Source: Gammaproteobacteria bacterium (GTDB taxonomy: Bacteria > Pseudomonadota > Gammaproteobacteria > Magnimaribacterales > D2472). From it: a DNA stretch of 54,624 bases. A program made the position numbers and the translations under genes. The DNA lies in contig PBKO01000011.1 of assembly GCA_002721465.1 (NCBI GenBank), positions 6,332-60,955 on the forward strand. The letters are read 5' to 3'. The notes under the pieces are model-generated. The model was given only the letters and a program-made list of their open reading frames with translations, made no database searches and was not told where the DNA came from. This document shows, piece by piece, positions 1 through 8,669 of this stretch. Every line of letters begins with the position of its first letter. The first letter of the stretch is position 1.

Positions 1-226
1 CATATTGAAATTCGCTTAAAGCTATTTCTGATTTTTCACCTAATTTATTTGTTGAAATAATTTCAGAGGCAGTTGAGTAAACTAAACCTTTTTTTATGAA
101 GAGATCATTTATTTCACATTGGTAAGCATTGTTTCCAAGATTTATTACTTCTTCCATCATTAATATTGATGTATCTTTTTTCACATTTAGATTTGAGAAG
201 GTATCTGTAATAAATAAGGATTTCAT
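1..226 (-). CDS. gshB: Glutathione synthetase, N-terminal part (runs off the window edge)
   Basis: Not in ORF track. Manual translation from ATG at 226 gives MKSLFITDTFSNLNVKKDTSILMMEEV..., matching the GshB N-terminus (KKDSS/KKDTS); directly follows rsmE as in the conserved rsmE-gshB pair. Confidence 0.85.
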   Translation of the reverse strand, partial: MKSLFITDTFSNLNVKKDTSILMMEEVINLGNNAYQCEINDLFIKKGLVYSTASEIISTNKLGEKSEIALSEFQY

Positions 227-227
227 A

Positions 228-965
228 CTATTTCTTGATTTTACCAAAATAATTTTTTATCAAAGCTGCAACATAAATTGGAGCTGTTTCAGATCTTAAA
301 ACATTGTCACCTAAATATCTAAAATTAATTTTTTTATTGCTCAATTCATTGATCTCATCTTCAGAAAATCCAGATTCAGGCCCAGTTATTATTGAAATAT
401 GATCATTCTTTAGCTCATCCTGATTAAAATATTCTTCTGCAGCAGTATCAAATGCATAAATAATCTCTGAACTTTTGAAAGAAGAAATAGCATCCTTCAA
501 GCTATTTTCAAATGCTAGACTTGGCAAAAAATTATTTCCACATTGTTTACAAACATTTATAACAACTTCTTTTGATTTATCTAATAGCTTTGTAATATTT
601 TTCTTAGCAACACTTTGATCAATAAGTTGTGGTTTATAAATCACAAATTTGTTTACGCCTATTTCAGATAATTTTTGTAACATAAAATTAAAATTACTGC
701 CCTTAATTATAGGAATAACCGCTGTAAGAATTTGATGACAAGTAGCACTTTTTTTTAACTCTTCTATCCTCACAACATCACAGTTTGTTTTAGAGATTGA
801 TATTATTTTACATTTAGCAAAATATCCATGGCCATCAAAAATCTCAATAATAGTACCTTCTTTCAGTCGTAATGCTCTTACCAAATGTTGGCTTTGAGAC
901 TCATCAAGATTAAATTCGTCATTTGGACCTGATACTAACTTGCAATATACTCTATGAATTCTCAC
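228..965 (-). CDS. rsmE: 16S rRNA m3U1498 methyltransferase
   Basis: HLVRALRL, QKLSEIGV, GPESGFS, LGDNVLRSETA motifs; GTG start. Confidence 0.95.
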   Translation of the reverse strand: MRIHRVYCKLVSGPNDEFNLDESQSQHLVRALRLKEGTIIEIFDGHGYFAKCKIISISKTNCDVVRIEELKKSATCHQILTAVIPIIKGSNFNFMLQKLSEIGVNKFVIYKPQLIDQSVAKKNITKLLDKSKEVVINVCKQCGNNFLPSLAFENSLKDAISSFKSSEIIYAFDTAAEEYFNQDELKNDHISIITGPESGFSEDEINELSNKKINFRYLGDNVLRSETAPIYVAALIKNYFGKIKK

Positions 966-995
966 CTCAATATTATAGCTATAGCTTGGAAATAT

Positions 996-1559
996 ATGTC
1001 AGAGATTAATCTATTATTTATAAGACATGGTCAAGCCTCTGCATCATGGGAAAATCATCTTGATCCAGGCCTGAGTGAAATTGGTAAAGATCAAGCAAAC
1101 AATTTAACATCTGATAAAAAACTTCCAAATTTATCGAATTATGATTTTCTTTCAAGTCCAAAATTAAGGGCAATTGAAACCTCAAAGCCTTTAGCAGAAA
1201 AATATAAAAAAGAAGTAGTGATTGATGAATCATTTATTGAAATTCCTTCGTCAAACATTGAACTAAATAAGAAACAAGAATGGCTAAAGAATATTGTTGA
1301 GATGAAAAAGAAAGATCTTCCAATGTTTATTCAACAATGGCAAAAAAATATTTTTTTAAACATTAGCAATATCAAGAAAGATACAATAATTTTTACTCAT
1401 TTTATGGTGATCAATTCTGTTGTTAGTAATTTTGTTAAAGCTGATTCAATAATGCATTTTTTTCCTGACTATACTTCAATCACAAAAGTAGTATTGGAAA
1501 ATGGTTATATAAAAGATTGTGTAATAGGTGGTAATCAAAAAACTGATATAAATTTTTAA
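996..1559 (+). CDS. Histidine phosphatase family protein
   Basis: RHG motif (FIRHGQ), SSPKLRAIET, FTH; start moved to ATG 996 to avoid overlapping divergent rsmE. Confidence 0.85.
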   Translation: MSEINLLFIRHGQASASWENHLDPGLSEIGKDQANNLTSDKKLPNLSNYDFLSSPKLRAIETSKPLAEKYKKEVVIDESFIEIPSSNIELNKKQEWLKNIVEMKKKDLPMFIQQWQKNIFLNISNIKKDTIIFTHFMVINSVVSNFVKADSIMHFFPDYTSITKVVLENGYIKDCVIGGNQKTDINF

Positions 1560-1623
1560 AAACCTATTGAGCAATTTTTAAACAACTGTAAACTTATTAG
1601 TCTTTGTTATTTAAATTTCTATT

Positions 1624-1890
1624 TTGGAAAAAAAAGTTAATTCATTTGATAGCTACTCAAAAAAACCTCTGAGAGATGAGGTCAGAAAAGCTATGAAAAG
1701 ATATTTTAATCAGCTTGATAAAAAGAATACTCCAATAGATGTACATCAACTTGTTTTTAATGAAGTGGAGCCTCCTTTGTTAAGTGCTGTTATGAAATTT
1801 TCAAATAATAATCAATCTAAAGCTGCAAAAATATTAGGAATTAACAGAACAACTCTCAGAACAAAATTAAAAAAATATAATATTGAATAA
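1624..1890 (+). CDS. fis: Fis nucleoid-associated regulator
   Basis: PLRDEV..AM..YF..L, EVEPPLL, NQSKAAKILGINRTTLR HTH; upstream of purH; TTG start. Confidence 0.9.
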   Translation: MEKKVNSFDSYSKKPLRDEVRKAMKRYFNQLDKKNTPIDVHQLVFNEVEPPLLSAVMKFSNNNQSKAAKILGINRTTLRTKLKKYNIE

Positions 1891-3428
1891 TGAGTTATAT
1901 CGATCCAAAAACAGCTTTAATGAGTCTTTCAGATAAAACGAATTTAAAAAAAATTGTTGAATTTCTTGTAAAAAAAAATGTCAAGATATTATCAACCGGT
2001 GGAACATTTAAAGCTATAAAAAAAATTACTGACAACGTCATTGAGGTATCAGATTTTACTGGATTTGAGGAAATGATGGATGGAAGAGTAAAAACTCTTC
2101 ATCCAAAAATACATGCTGGAATTCTTGCAAGAAGAGATTCGGATATGGAATTATTGGAAGAGAAAGGGTATGAAGGTATAGACCTAGTAATAGTTAATTT
2201 GTATCCATTTCAAGAAACAATTGCCAGTAATTGTTCTTTTGAAGAGGCAATTGAAAAAATTGATATTGGTGGCCCAACGATGATTAGAGCTGCAGCAAAA
2301 AACTTCAAAGATGTGGTTGTGGTTTCAGATCCTAATGATTATGAAGAAATTATTAATGAGTGGAATGAAAATAATGGTATTTCATACGATTTACGTAAAA
2401 ATCTATCACAAAAAGTTTTTTCTTTAATGGCGCAATATAACAAGTCAATTGCTGATTATTTAAATGAAGATAAAGAAGATTTGCATGATTATGCTTTTCA
2501 GAAAAGTATTACTTTAAGATATGGAGAAAATCCTCACCAATCTGCCTCACTATTTACTTTTGATAATCTTAAAAATAAAAATATTGCTAACGCAGATATT
2601 ATTCAAGGCAAAGAACTTTCATACAATAATATAGTTGATGCAGATGCCGCATGGGAATGTGTGAGAGAGTTTAAAAATCCTTCATGTGTGATTGTAAAAC
2701 ACGCTAATCCATGTGGTGTTGCTGAGAGTGAATCTATTTTTGATTCATATGATCGTGCTTTCAAAACTGATCCAACCTCTGCTTTTGGAGGAATAATTGC
2801 ATTTAATAAGCCTGTTGATCTTAAAACAGCAAAAGAAATTAATTCAAGACAGTTTGTTGAAGTTATTATCGCTCCAGACTATGAAAATGATGCTATTAGT
2901 GAGTTTTCTAATAAAAAAAATGTAAGAGTCTTAAAAGTAGATTTAAAACAAGACAATTTATACCCAGGAACTATAAAAAAAGTTTCAGGAGGCATTCTTG
3001 TTCAGGATGATGATCTTAAAAGTGTGGCTGCTGATGATCTAAAGTGTGTTTCTATGAGACAGCCAAGTGAAACAGAAATTAATGATCTAATGTTTGCATG
3101 GAAAGTAGCGAAGTTTGTCAAAAGCAATGCCATAGTTTATGTAAAAAATAAGCAGACTATTGGTATAGGAGCTGGTCAAATGAGTAGAGTTATCAGTGCT
3201 GAAATAGCAAATTTAAAGGCCAAGGAAGAAGGATTAGAGGTTAAGGGTGCTGCAATGGCCTCAGATGCTTTCTTCCCATTTAGGGATGGTATAGATAAAG
3301 CTGCTTCATCTGGAATATCCTCAATAATTCAACCTGGTGGCTCAATTAAAGATGAGGAAGTGATAGCGGCAGCAGATGAAAATGATATCGCAATGTTATT
3401 TACTGGCACGAGACATTTTAGACATTAA
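1890..3428 (+). CDS. purH: Bifunctional AICAR transformylase/IMP cyclohydrolase
   Basis: GRVKTLHP, IDIGGPTM, LRYGENPHQ, KHANPCG, SDAFFPF, RHFRH. Confidence 0.98.
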   Translation: MSYIDPKTALMSLSDKTNLKKIVEFLVKKNVKILSTGGTFKAIKKITDNVIEVSDFTGFEEMMDGRVKTLHPKIHAGILARRDSDMELLEEKGYEGIDLVIVNLYPFQETIASNCSFEEAIEKIDIGGPTMIRAAAKNFKDVVVVSDPNDYEEIINEWNENNGISYDLRKNLSQKVFSLMAQYNKSIADYLNEDKEDLHDYAFQKSITLRYGENPHQSASLFTFDNLKNKNIANADIIQGKELSYNNIVDADAAWECVREFKNPSCVIVKHANPCGVAESESIFDSYDRAFKTDPTSAFGGIIAFNKPVDLKTAKEINSRQFVEVIIAPDYENDAISEFSNKKNVRVLKVDLKQDNLYPGTIKKVSGGILVQDDDLKSVAADDLKCVSMRQPSETEINDLMFAWKVAKFVKSNAIVYVKNKQTIGIGAGQMSRVISAEIANLKAKEEGLEVKGAAMASDAFFPFRDGIDKAASSGISSIIQPGGSIKDEEVIAAADENDIAMLFTGTRHFRH

Positions 3429-4696
3429 TGAAAATACTTATTATTGGATCAGGTGGCAGAGAACATGCACTTGCATGGAAATGTGCCCATGATATTTCAG
3501 TCGAGCATATTTTTGTTTGTCCAGGAAATGCTGGCACGCATCTTGAGGATAAAATCAGTAATATCGAGATTAATGCTAGTGATTTTGGCGCCATTGAAAA
3601 TTTTTGTGTAAGTGAAGAGATTGGCCTCGTCATCATTGGTCCAGAACAACCACTTGTTGATGGATTAACCAATTATCTTCAAAGTAAAGGTATTGATACT
3701 TTTGGTCCATCAAAAGAAGCTGCTCAACTTGAAGGCTCAAAGACTTTTTCTAAAGATTTTTTTATGAAATATCATATACCGACAGCAGAATATAAATCAT
3801 TTGATGATTTTGATGATGCTTTAAATTATCTTGATGAAATTGATTACCCTACCGTAGTAAAGGCTGATGGATTGGCAGCTGGTAAAGGAGTAATTATCTG
3901 TGAGAATAAAAATGAGGCGATAAAAGCTCTCCAAAGTATTTTCAAAGATAATGCTTTTGGTTCTGCAGGTAATAAAGTTGTGATTGAAGAATTTTTAGAA
4001 GGTGAAGAAGCGTCGTTTATTGCTGTCGTAAGTAAAGACAAAATAATTCCACTGGTAACAAGTCAGGATCATAAAGCTGTTGGAGATGGTGATGTGGGTT
4101 TAAATACTGGCGGCATGGGTGCATATTCTCCTGCTCCTGTAGTTACTGATGAGATAAATAGAAAAATTCTTGATGAAGTCATGTATCCAACTATGCATGG
4201 ATTAATTAAAGAAAATTCGCCTTATCTTGGATTTCTTTATGCTGGCTTAATGATAAAAGATAACGAAATTAAAGTACTTGAATTTAATTGCAGGTTTGGT
4301 GATCCTGAGACTCAACCAATTTTATTAAGACTTAAATCGAGTTTGGTAGAACTTTGTAAAGCAGCAATTAACGATAATCTTGATTCATATAATATAGAGT
4401 GGACTGAAGAACATTCATGTGGAGTAGTTGTTGCATCAAAAGGATATCCTGAAAATTATGAATCTGGAAAAGAGGTTAGTATTGATCAAAATAAAAGTGA
4501 AAACTCAAAACTATTTCATGCTGGTACAAAATTTGAAAATAACAAAATTTTTACAAATGGTGGAAGAGTCTTTTGTGCGACTGCTCTTGGAAAAGATTTG
4601 AAAGAAGCTCAACAAAACGCATATAATCTTCTAGACAAAGTTCACTTTGAAGACGCTTTTTACAGAACTGACATTGGATATAAAGGAATTAAATGA
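3428..4696 (+). CDS. purD: Phosphoribosylamine-glycine ligase
   Basis: GSGGREHAL, KADGLAAGKGV, NTGGMGAYSP, EFNCRFGDPETQ. Confidence 0.98.
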   Translation: MKILIIGSGGREHALAWKCAHDISVEHIFVCPGNAGTHLEDKISNIEINASDFGAIENFCVSEEIGLVIIGPEQPLVDGLTNYLQSKGIDTFGPSKEAAQLEGSKTFSKDFFMKYHIPTAEYKSFDDFDDALNYLDEIDYPTVVKADGLAAGKGVIICENKNEAIKALQSIFKDNAFGSAGNKVVIEEFLEGEEASFIAVVSKDKIIPLVTSQDHKAVGDGDVGLNTGGMGAYSPAPVVTDEINRKILDEVMYPTMHGLIKENSPYLGFLYAGLMIKDNEIKVLEFNCRFGDPETQPILLRLKSSLVELCKAAINDNLDSYNIEWTEEHSCGVVVASKGYPENYESGKEVSIDQNKSENSKLFHAGTKFENNKIFTNGGRVFCATALGKDLKEAQQNAYNLLDKVHFEDAFYRTDIGYKGIK

Positions 4697-5328
4697 GTTT
4701 TTTAAATAACATAGTTAACGAGTTAGATATTGCATTGAAAACTTTATCTGATAAAAAAACAGGTACTGATAGAGTTTACCCTCCTATACCTGAAGGAAAA
4801 AATTCTGAGGATATGTCTCAAAAGGAAAAAAATCTTTCCATTAAATTTATGCGTATAAATCATGCTGGAGAGGTGGCAGCCCAAGCTTTATATAGAGGGC
4901 AGGCTTTTGTTTGCAAAGATCCAGAAGTAAAAAAACACTTAATTCATGCAGGTGACGAAGAGACTGATCATTTGGTTTGGTGTAAAAAGAGATTGGATGA
5001 GCTTGGTGGTAATAGTTCTGCTTTAAATCCATTATGGTATGCCGGTTCATTTGCAATTGGTGCAATATTTGGCTCAATGGGAGAAAAAACTAGTCTTGGT
5101 TTCGTTGAAGAAACAGAGAAACAAGTTGTAATACATCTTCAAAAACATCTTGATAAAGTTTCACACAAAGATAAGGAAACTATTGCGATCTTAAAGACAA
5201 TGCAAGCGGATGAAGATTTACATGCTGGTCAAGCTAATGAATCAGGTGCAGAGGAGTTAGAATCACCAACAAAAAAAGTGATGGAAGTTACTGCGAAGGT
5301 AATGACATCAACTAGTGCATATATTTAA
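4693..5328 (+). CDS. coq7: Demethoxyubiquinone hydroxylase (di-iron, Coq7)
   Basis: MRINHAGEVAAQALY, ETDH, ETEKQV..HL, DEDLH iron-ligand motifs. Confidence 0.93.
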   Translation: MSFLNNIVNELDIALKTLSDKKTGTDRVYPPIPEGKNSEDMSQKEKNLSIKFMRINHAGEVAAQALYRGQAFVCKDPEVKKHLIHAGDEETDHLVWCKKRLDELGGNSSALNPLWYAGSFAIGAIFGSMGEKTSLGFVEETEKQVVIHLQKHLDKVSHKDKETIAILKTMQADEDLHAGQANESGAEELESPTKKVMEVTAKVMTSTSAYI

Positions 5329-5337
5329 TTTAAATAA

Positions 5338-6660
5338 ATGCAAGAAAACTCCTTAAAAACAAAAGAGATAAATATGCGCAAAGTCGCACTCACTGCTTTG
5401 GCTGGCACCAGTATTGAGTGGTATGATTTTTTTCTTTATGGAGCAGCTGCTGCTTTAGTCTTTCCTACAGCTTTTTTCGGCGAAGTGCCAGAATCAACTG
5501 CATTAATATTATCTTTATTAACCTTCGCGGCTGGTTTTATAGCGAGACCAATTGGGGGAATAATTTTTGGTCATTTTGGCGACAAAGTTGGAAGAAAAAA
5601 GACATTGGTTGCAGCTTTAATGTTAATGGGTATTGCATCTACACTTATAGGCTTATTACCAACCTACGCAATGATTGGTGTTACGGCACCGATACTGTTA
5701 ACGACCCTAAGATTTGCACAAGGTCTTGCAATTGGTGGTCAGTGGGGAGGAGCAATGTTATTAGTTACAGAAAGTGCTCCATCAAATCAAAGAGGATACT
5801 ACGGAGCTTATGCACAAGCAGGAGCCCCTATGGGAGTAATCCTAGCGAATCTAGCATTCATTGCTACAAGTGCATCACTTTCGGATGAAGCATTTATGAG
5901 TTGGGGATGGAGAATACCGTTCATTGCAAGTGCAGTTTTAATTGGTATCAGCATGTATGTTCAAATTACTATGGAAGATACAAAAGCATTTAAGGAGTTA
6001 CAAGATCTAAAAAATAATCAAGAGACATCCTCAAGTCCAATCAAAAAATCTCCAGTACTTGAGGCGATAATAAATTATCCAAAAAGAATTGCTCTTGCTG
6101 CAGGAGCTTTTTTATCTATTCAAGTTACATTTTATATTCTAGTTGCATTTCTATTAGCATATGGAGTAAAAAGTGCAGAAATGTCGAGGGATGATATGTT
6201 AATTGCTGTGCTTATTGGATCTGCAATTATGGTTCCAGTTCAATTTGTTTTTTCAGCTTATTCGGATAGACATGGAAGAAAGGGCATATTTATGACTGGA
6301 GCTTTATTAACTGCAATATGGGCCTTTGCAATTTTTCCATTGGTTGATACTGGTAATTTTTGGTTGATAACTTTGGCTGTTACTTTTGGGTTAGGGTTTT
6401 TGGGTATGATGTATGGACCGCAAGCAGCCTTCTTTACAGAATTATTTTCAACAGAAGTAAGGTATTCTGGTGCGACTTTGGGCTACCAATTAGGTGCAAT
6501 TATTGGAGGAGCTTTTGCTCCAACTATTGCAGCAAAGCTATGGACTGACTTCGATATTTTTTGGGTATCAGTTTACATTGCAATTGCATCAATATTAACC
6601 TTGATCTCTGTAATGTCGCTCACTGAGACTTATAAAACAAACCTTAGCGAAAAAATATAA
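5338..6660 (+). CDS. MFS transporter, metabolite:H+ symporter (MHS) family
   Basis: GTSIEWYDF, GHFGDKVGRK, RFAQGLAIGGQWGGA, SDRHGRK; about 12 hydrophobic segments. Confidence 0.92.
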   Translation: MQENSLKTKEINMRKVALTALAGTSIEWYDFFLYGAAAALVFPTAFFGEVPESTALILSLLTFAAGFIARPIGGIIFGHFGDKVGRKKTLVAALMLMGIASTLIGLLPTYAMIGVTAPILLTTLRFAQGLAIGGQWGGAMLLVTESAPSNQRGYYGAYAQAGAPMGVILANLAFIATSASLSDEAFMSWGWRIPFIASAVLIGISMYVQITMEDTKAFKELQDLKNNQETSSSPIKKSPVLEAIINYPKRIALAAGAFLSIQVTFYILVAFLLAYGVKSAEMSRDDMLIAVLIGSAIMVPVQFVFSAYSDRHGRKGIFMTGALLTAIWAFAIFPLVDTGNFWLITLAVTFGLGFLGMMYGPQAAFFTELFSTEVRYSGATLGYQLGAIIGGAFAPTIAAKLWTDFDIFWVSVYIAIASILTLISVMSLTETYKTNLSEKI

Positions 6661-6693
6661 TTTAGGACAACGTCCTTCAAAATCTGAGTATTA

Positions 6694-8112
6694 ATGACAG
6701 ATATTATTATTTTAAATAGAAATTTAAGATTGCTTGATAATTCAGCTCTTTACTATGGCTCATTAAAATCAAACTTTATTGTGATCTATTTGTATGATGT
6801 TGATTACTGGAAAGCTAATGGCAAATCTTCAAGACAACTTAAGTTTTCAAATGATTGTCTTGAAGAATTAGATGAAGATCTGAAGAAGTTGAACTCAAAT
6901 GTTAATGTATTTAATGGTTCTTTCTATGATTTAGGTAAATGGATAGAAACGAACTATAACAACTTTTCTATACATATAAACCATTGTACTGATGTAAATT
7001 ATTTTCGAGAGGGATTCAATAATTTTAAAGAAAATTTTAAAAATAAAATAACGGTTTATGACGACTATGGTCTTCAGCTAAATAATTTTGATAGAGATAC
7101 TTGGTCAAAGAATTGGAACCATATTATGAATTCAGATTTATTAGGCGTACCAAAACCCTCAAATAATAAAGATAGTTTGAATCTTATAGGATTTAGCGAT
7201 TTTAAGAATGAGATATCTTGTGAATTTTCAGGATTGAGTAATATTCAAAAAGGTGGAACTTCAAAAGCAAAAGAACTTCTAGAAACCTTTCTAGATCAAA
7301 GATGTAAAGGCTATAGAATTAAAATGTCCAGTCCAAGTCAGTCTGAAGAAAGTTGCTCAAGATTATCTCCTCATTTTACATATGGCTCTATTTCAATTAG
7401 GCAGGTCTATAAACAATTAAATAAAATGCTGCCTGAATTAAATAATAAAAAAGATTTATACTCTTTTAAAAAAAGACTTTATTGGCATTGTCATTTTGTT
7501 CAAAAACTTCATACAGAACCTGAGTTAGAATTTTATTCTATGCACAGAATGTGTGATGATCTCAGACCTGATTATGATGATGAAATTATCGAAAAATGGA
7601 TTGAAGGAGAAACTGGATTTCCCTTTTTAGATGCATGTATGAAATTCTTAAGTGAAAATGGGTGGATCAATTTTAGAATGCGAGCCATGATAATGTCATT
7701 TGCATCATATAATCTTTGGCAACCATGGCAAAAAACATCACCGCGCCTGGCTGAACTTTTTACTGATTATGAACCTGGTATACATATTAGTCAGGTTCAA
7801 ATGCAAAGTGGCGTTACTGGGATTAATCTTCCGAGAATATATTCTATATCTAAACAAAGTATGGATCAGGATCCAGATGCGGAATGGACAAAAAATCTTC
7901 TGCCTCAGTTAAATAATTTTGATCCAAAGTTAATTCATAACGCAGAATTAAATAATTCATATATTCCTCAAATAGTTGATCTCAAAACCTCTGCAAAGTT
8001 TGCACGTGATCAAGTATGGGGCATAAGAAAAAGTATAGAGTTTAAGAATGAAGCAAGAAAAGTGTATCTTAAACATGGTAGCAGACGAAGAAGATACACT
8101 AAGACTAGTTAG
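6694..8112 (+). CDS. Photolyase/cryptochrome family protein (atypical subfamily)
   Basis: RNLRLLDN, SRLSPHF.YG.IS, GETGFPFLDACM, GWINFRMRA. Confidence 0.9.
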   Translation: MTDIIILNRNLRLLDNSALYYGSLKSNFIVIYLYDVDYWKANGKSSRQLKFSNDCLEELDEDLKKLNSNVNVFNGSFYDLGKWIETNYNNFSIHINHCTDVNYFREGFNNFKENFKNKITVYDDYGLQLNNFDRDTWSKNWNHIMNSDLLGVPKPSNNKDSLNLIGFSDFKNEISCEFSGLSNIQKGGTSKAKELLETFLDQRCKGYRIKMSSPSQSEESCSRLSPHFTYGSISIRQVYKQLNKMLPELNNKKDLYSFKKRLYWHCHFVQKLHTEPELEFYSMHRMCDDLRPDYDDEIIEKWIEGETGFPFLDACMKFLSENGWINFRMRAMIMSFASYNLWQPWQKTSPRLAELFTDYEPGIHISQVQMQSGVTGINLPRIYSISKQSMDQDPDAEWTKNLLPQLNNFDPKLIHNAELNNSYIPQIVDLKTSAKFARDQVWGIRKSIEFKNEARKVYLKHGSRRRRYTKTS

Positions 8113-8662
8113 CTTTCCATTTTATGTTGCATCCCATTGATGGAAGTTGATCATCTGAAATAGGTTCGTTCATAAGGAGACTATTTATAGCTGACCTTAA
8201 ATCTTTTGCAGACGGTCTACTATTGGACCCAGGAGATGTCTCATCCATTCTTCCTCGGTAGACAAGTTTTTGTTTTTGATTAAATAAATAGAATTCTGGT
8301 GTGCATTCTGCTTTATATTTTTTAGCTATGTCTTGTGTTTCATCAAATAAATAAGGAAATGACAAACCAAGAGAGCTCCACAATTCTTTCATTTTGCTTG
8401 GTCTATCTTCCGGGAAATTAATAATGTCATTTGAGCTAATTGCAATCATATTAATATTTTCAAGATAATCTTTTGCAAGCTTAACGAGCTCTTCATGATA
8501 ATGAATGACATATGGACAATGGTTACAGATAAACATTATTAAAGATGGTTTTTCGTTATCAAGTGAATCAGAAGAAAAGCTTTTGTTGGTTAATGAATTT
8601 AATAATTCAAACTTAATTAGATCCGTTTGAAGATCTAGCATACTTGAATAAGTTAAGGCCAT
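8105..8662 (-). CDS. Thioredoxin-fold (AhpC/TSA-like) protein
   Basis: FICNHCPYV CxxC, FPYLFDETQ, CTPEF, YRGR.D, SMGCNIKW. Confidence 0.9.
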   Translation of the reverse strand: MALTYSSMLDLQTDLIKFELLNSLTNKSFSSDSLDNEKPSLIMFICNHCPYVIHYHEELVKLAKDYLENINMIAISSNDIINFPEDRPSKMKELWSSLGLSFPYLFDETQDIAKKYKAECTPEFYLFNQKQKLVYRGRMDETSPGSNSRPSAKDLRSAINSLLMNEPISDDQLPSMGCNIKWKAN

Positions 8663-8669
8663 AGAAATA

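Noticed and set aside
954-995. Long N-terminal extensions in the ORF track (phosphatase, trpG, pyrB, gmk, GST-kappa)
   Set aside because: They overlap neighbouring genes or promoter space; the downstream starts match the family N-termini
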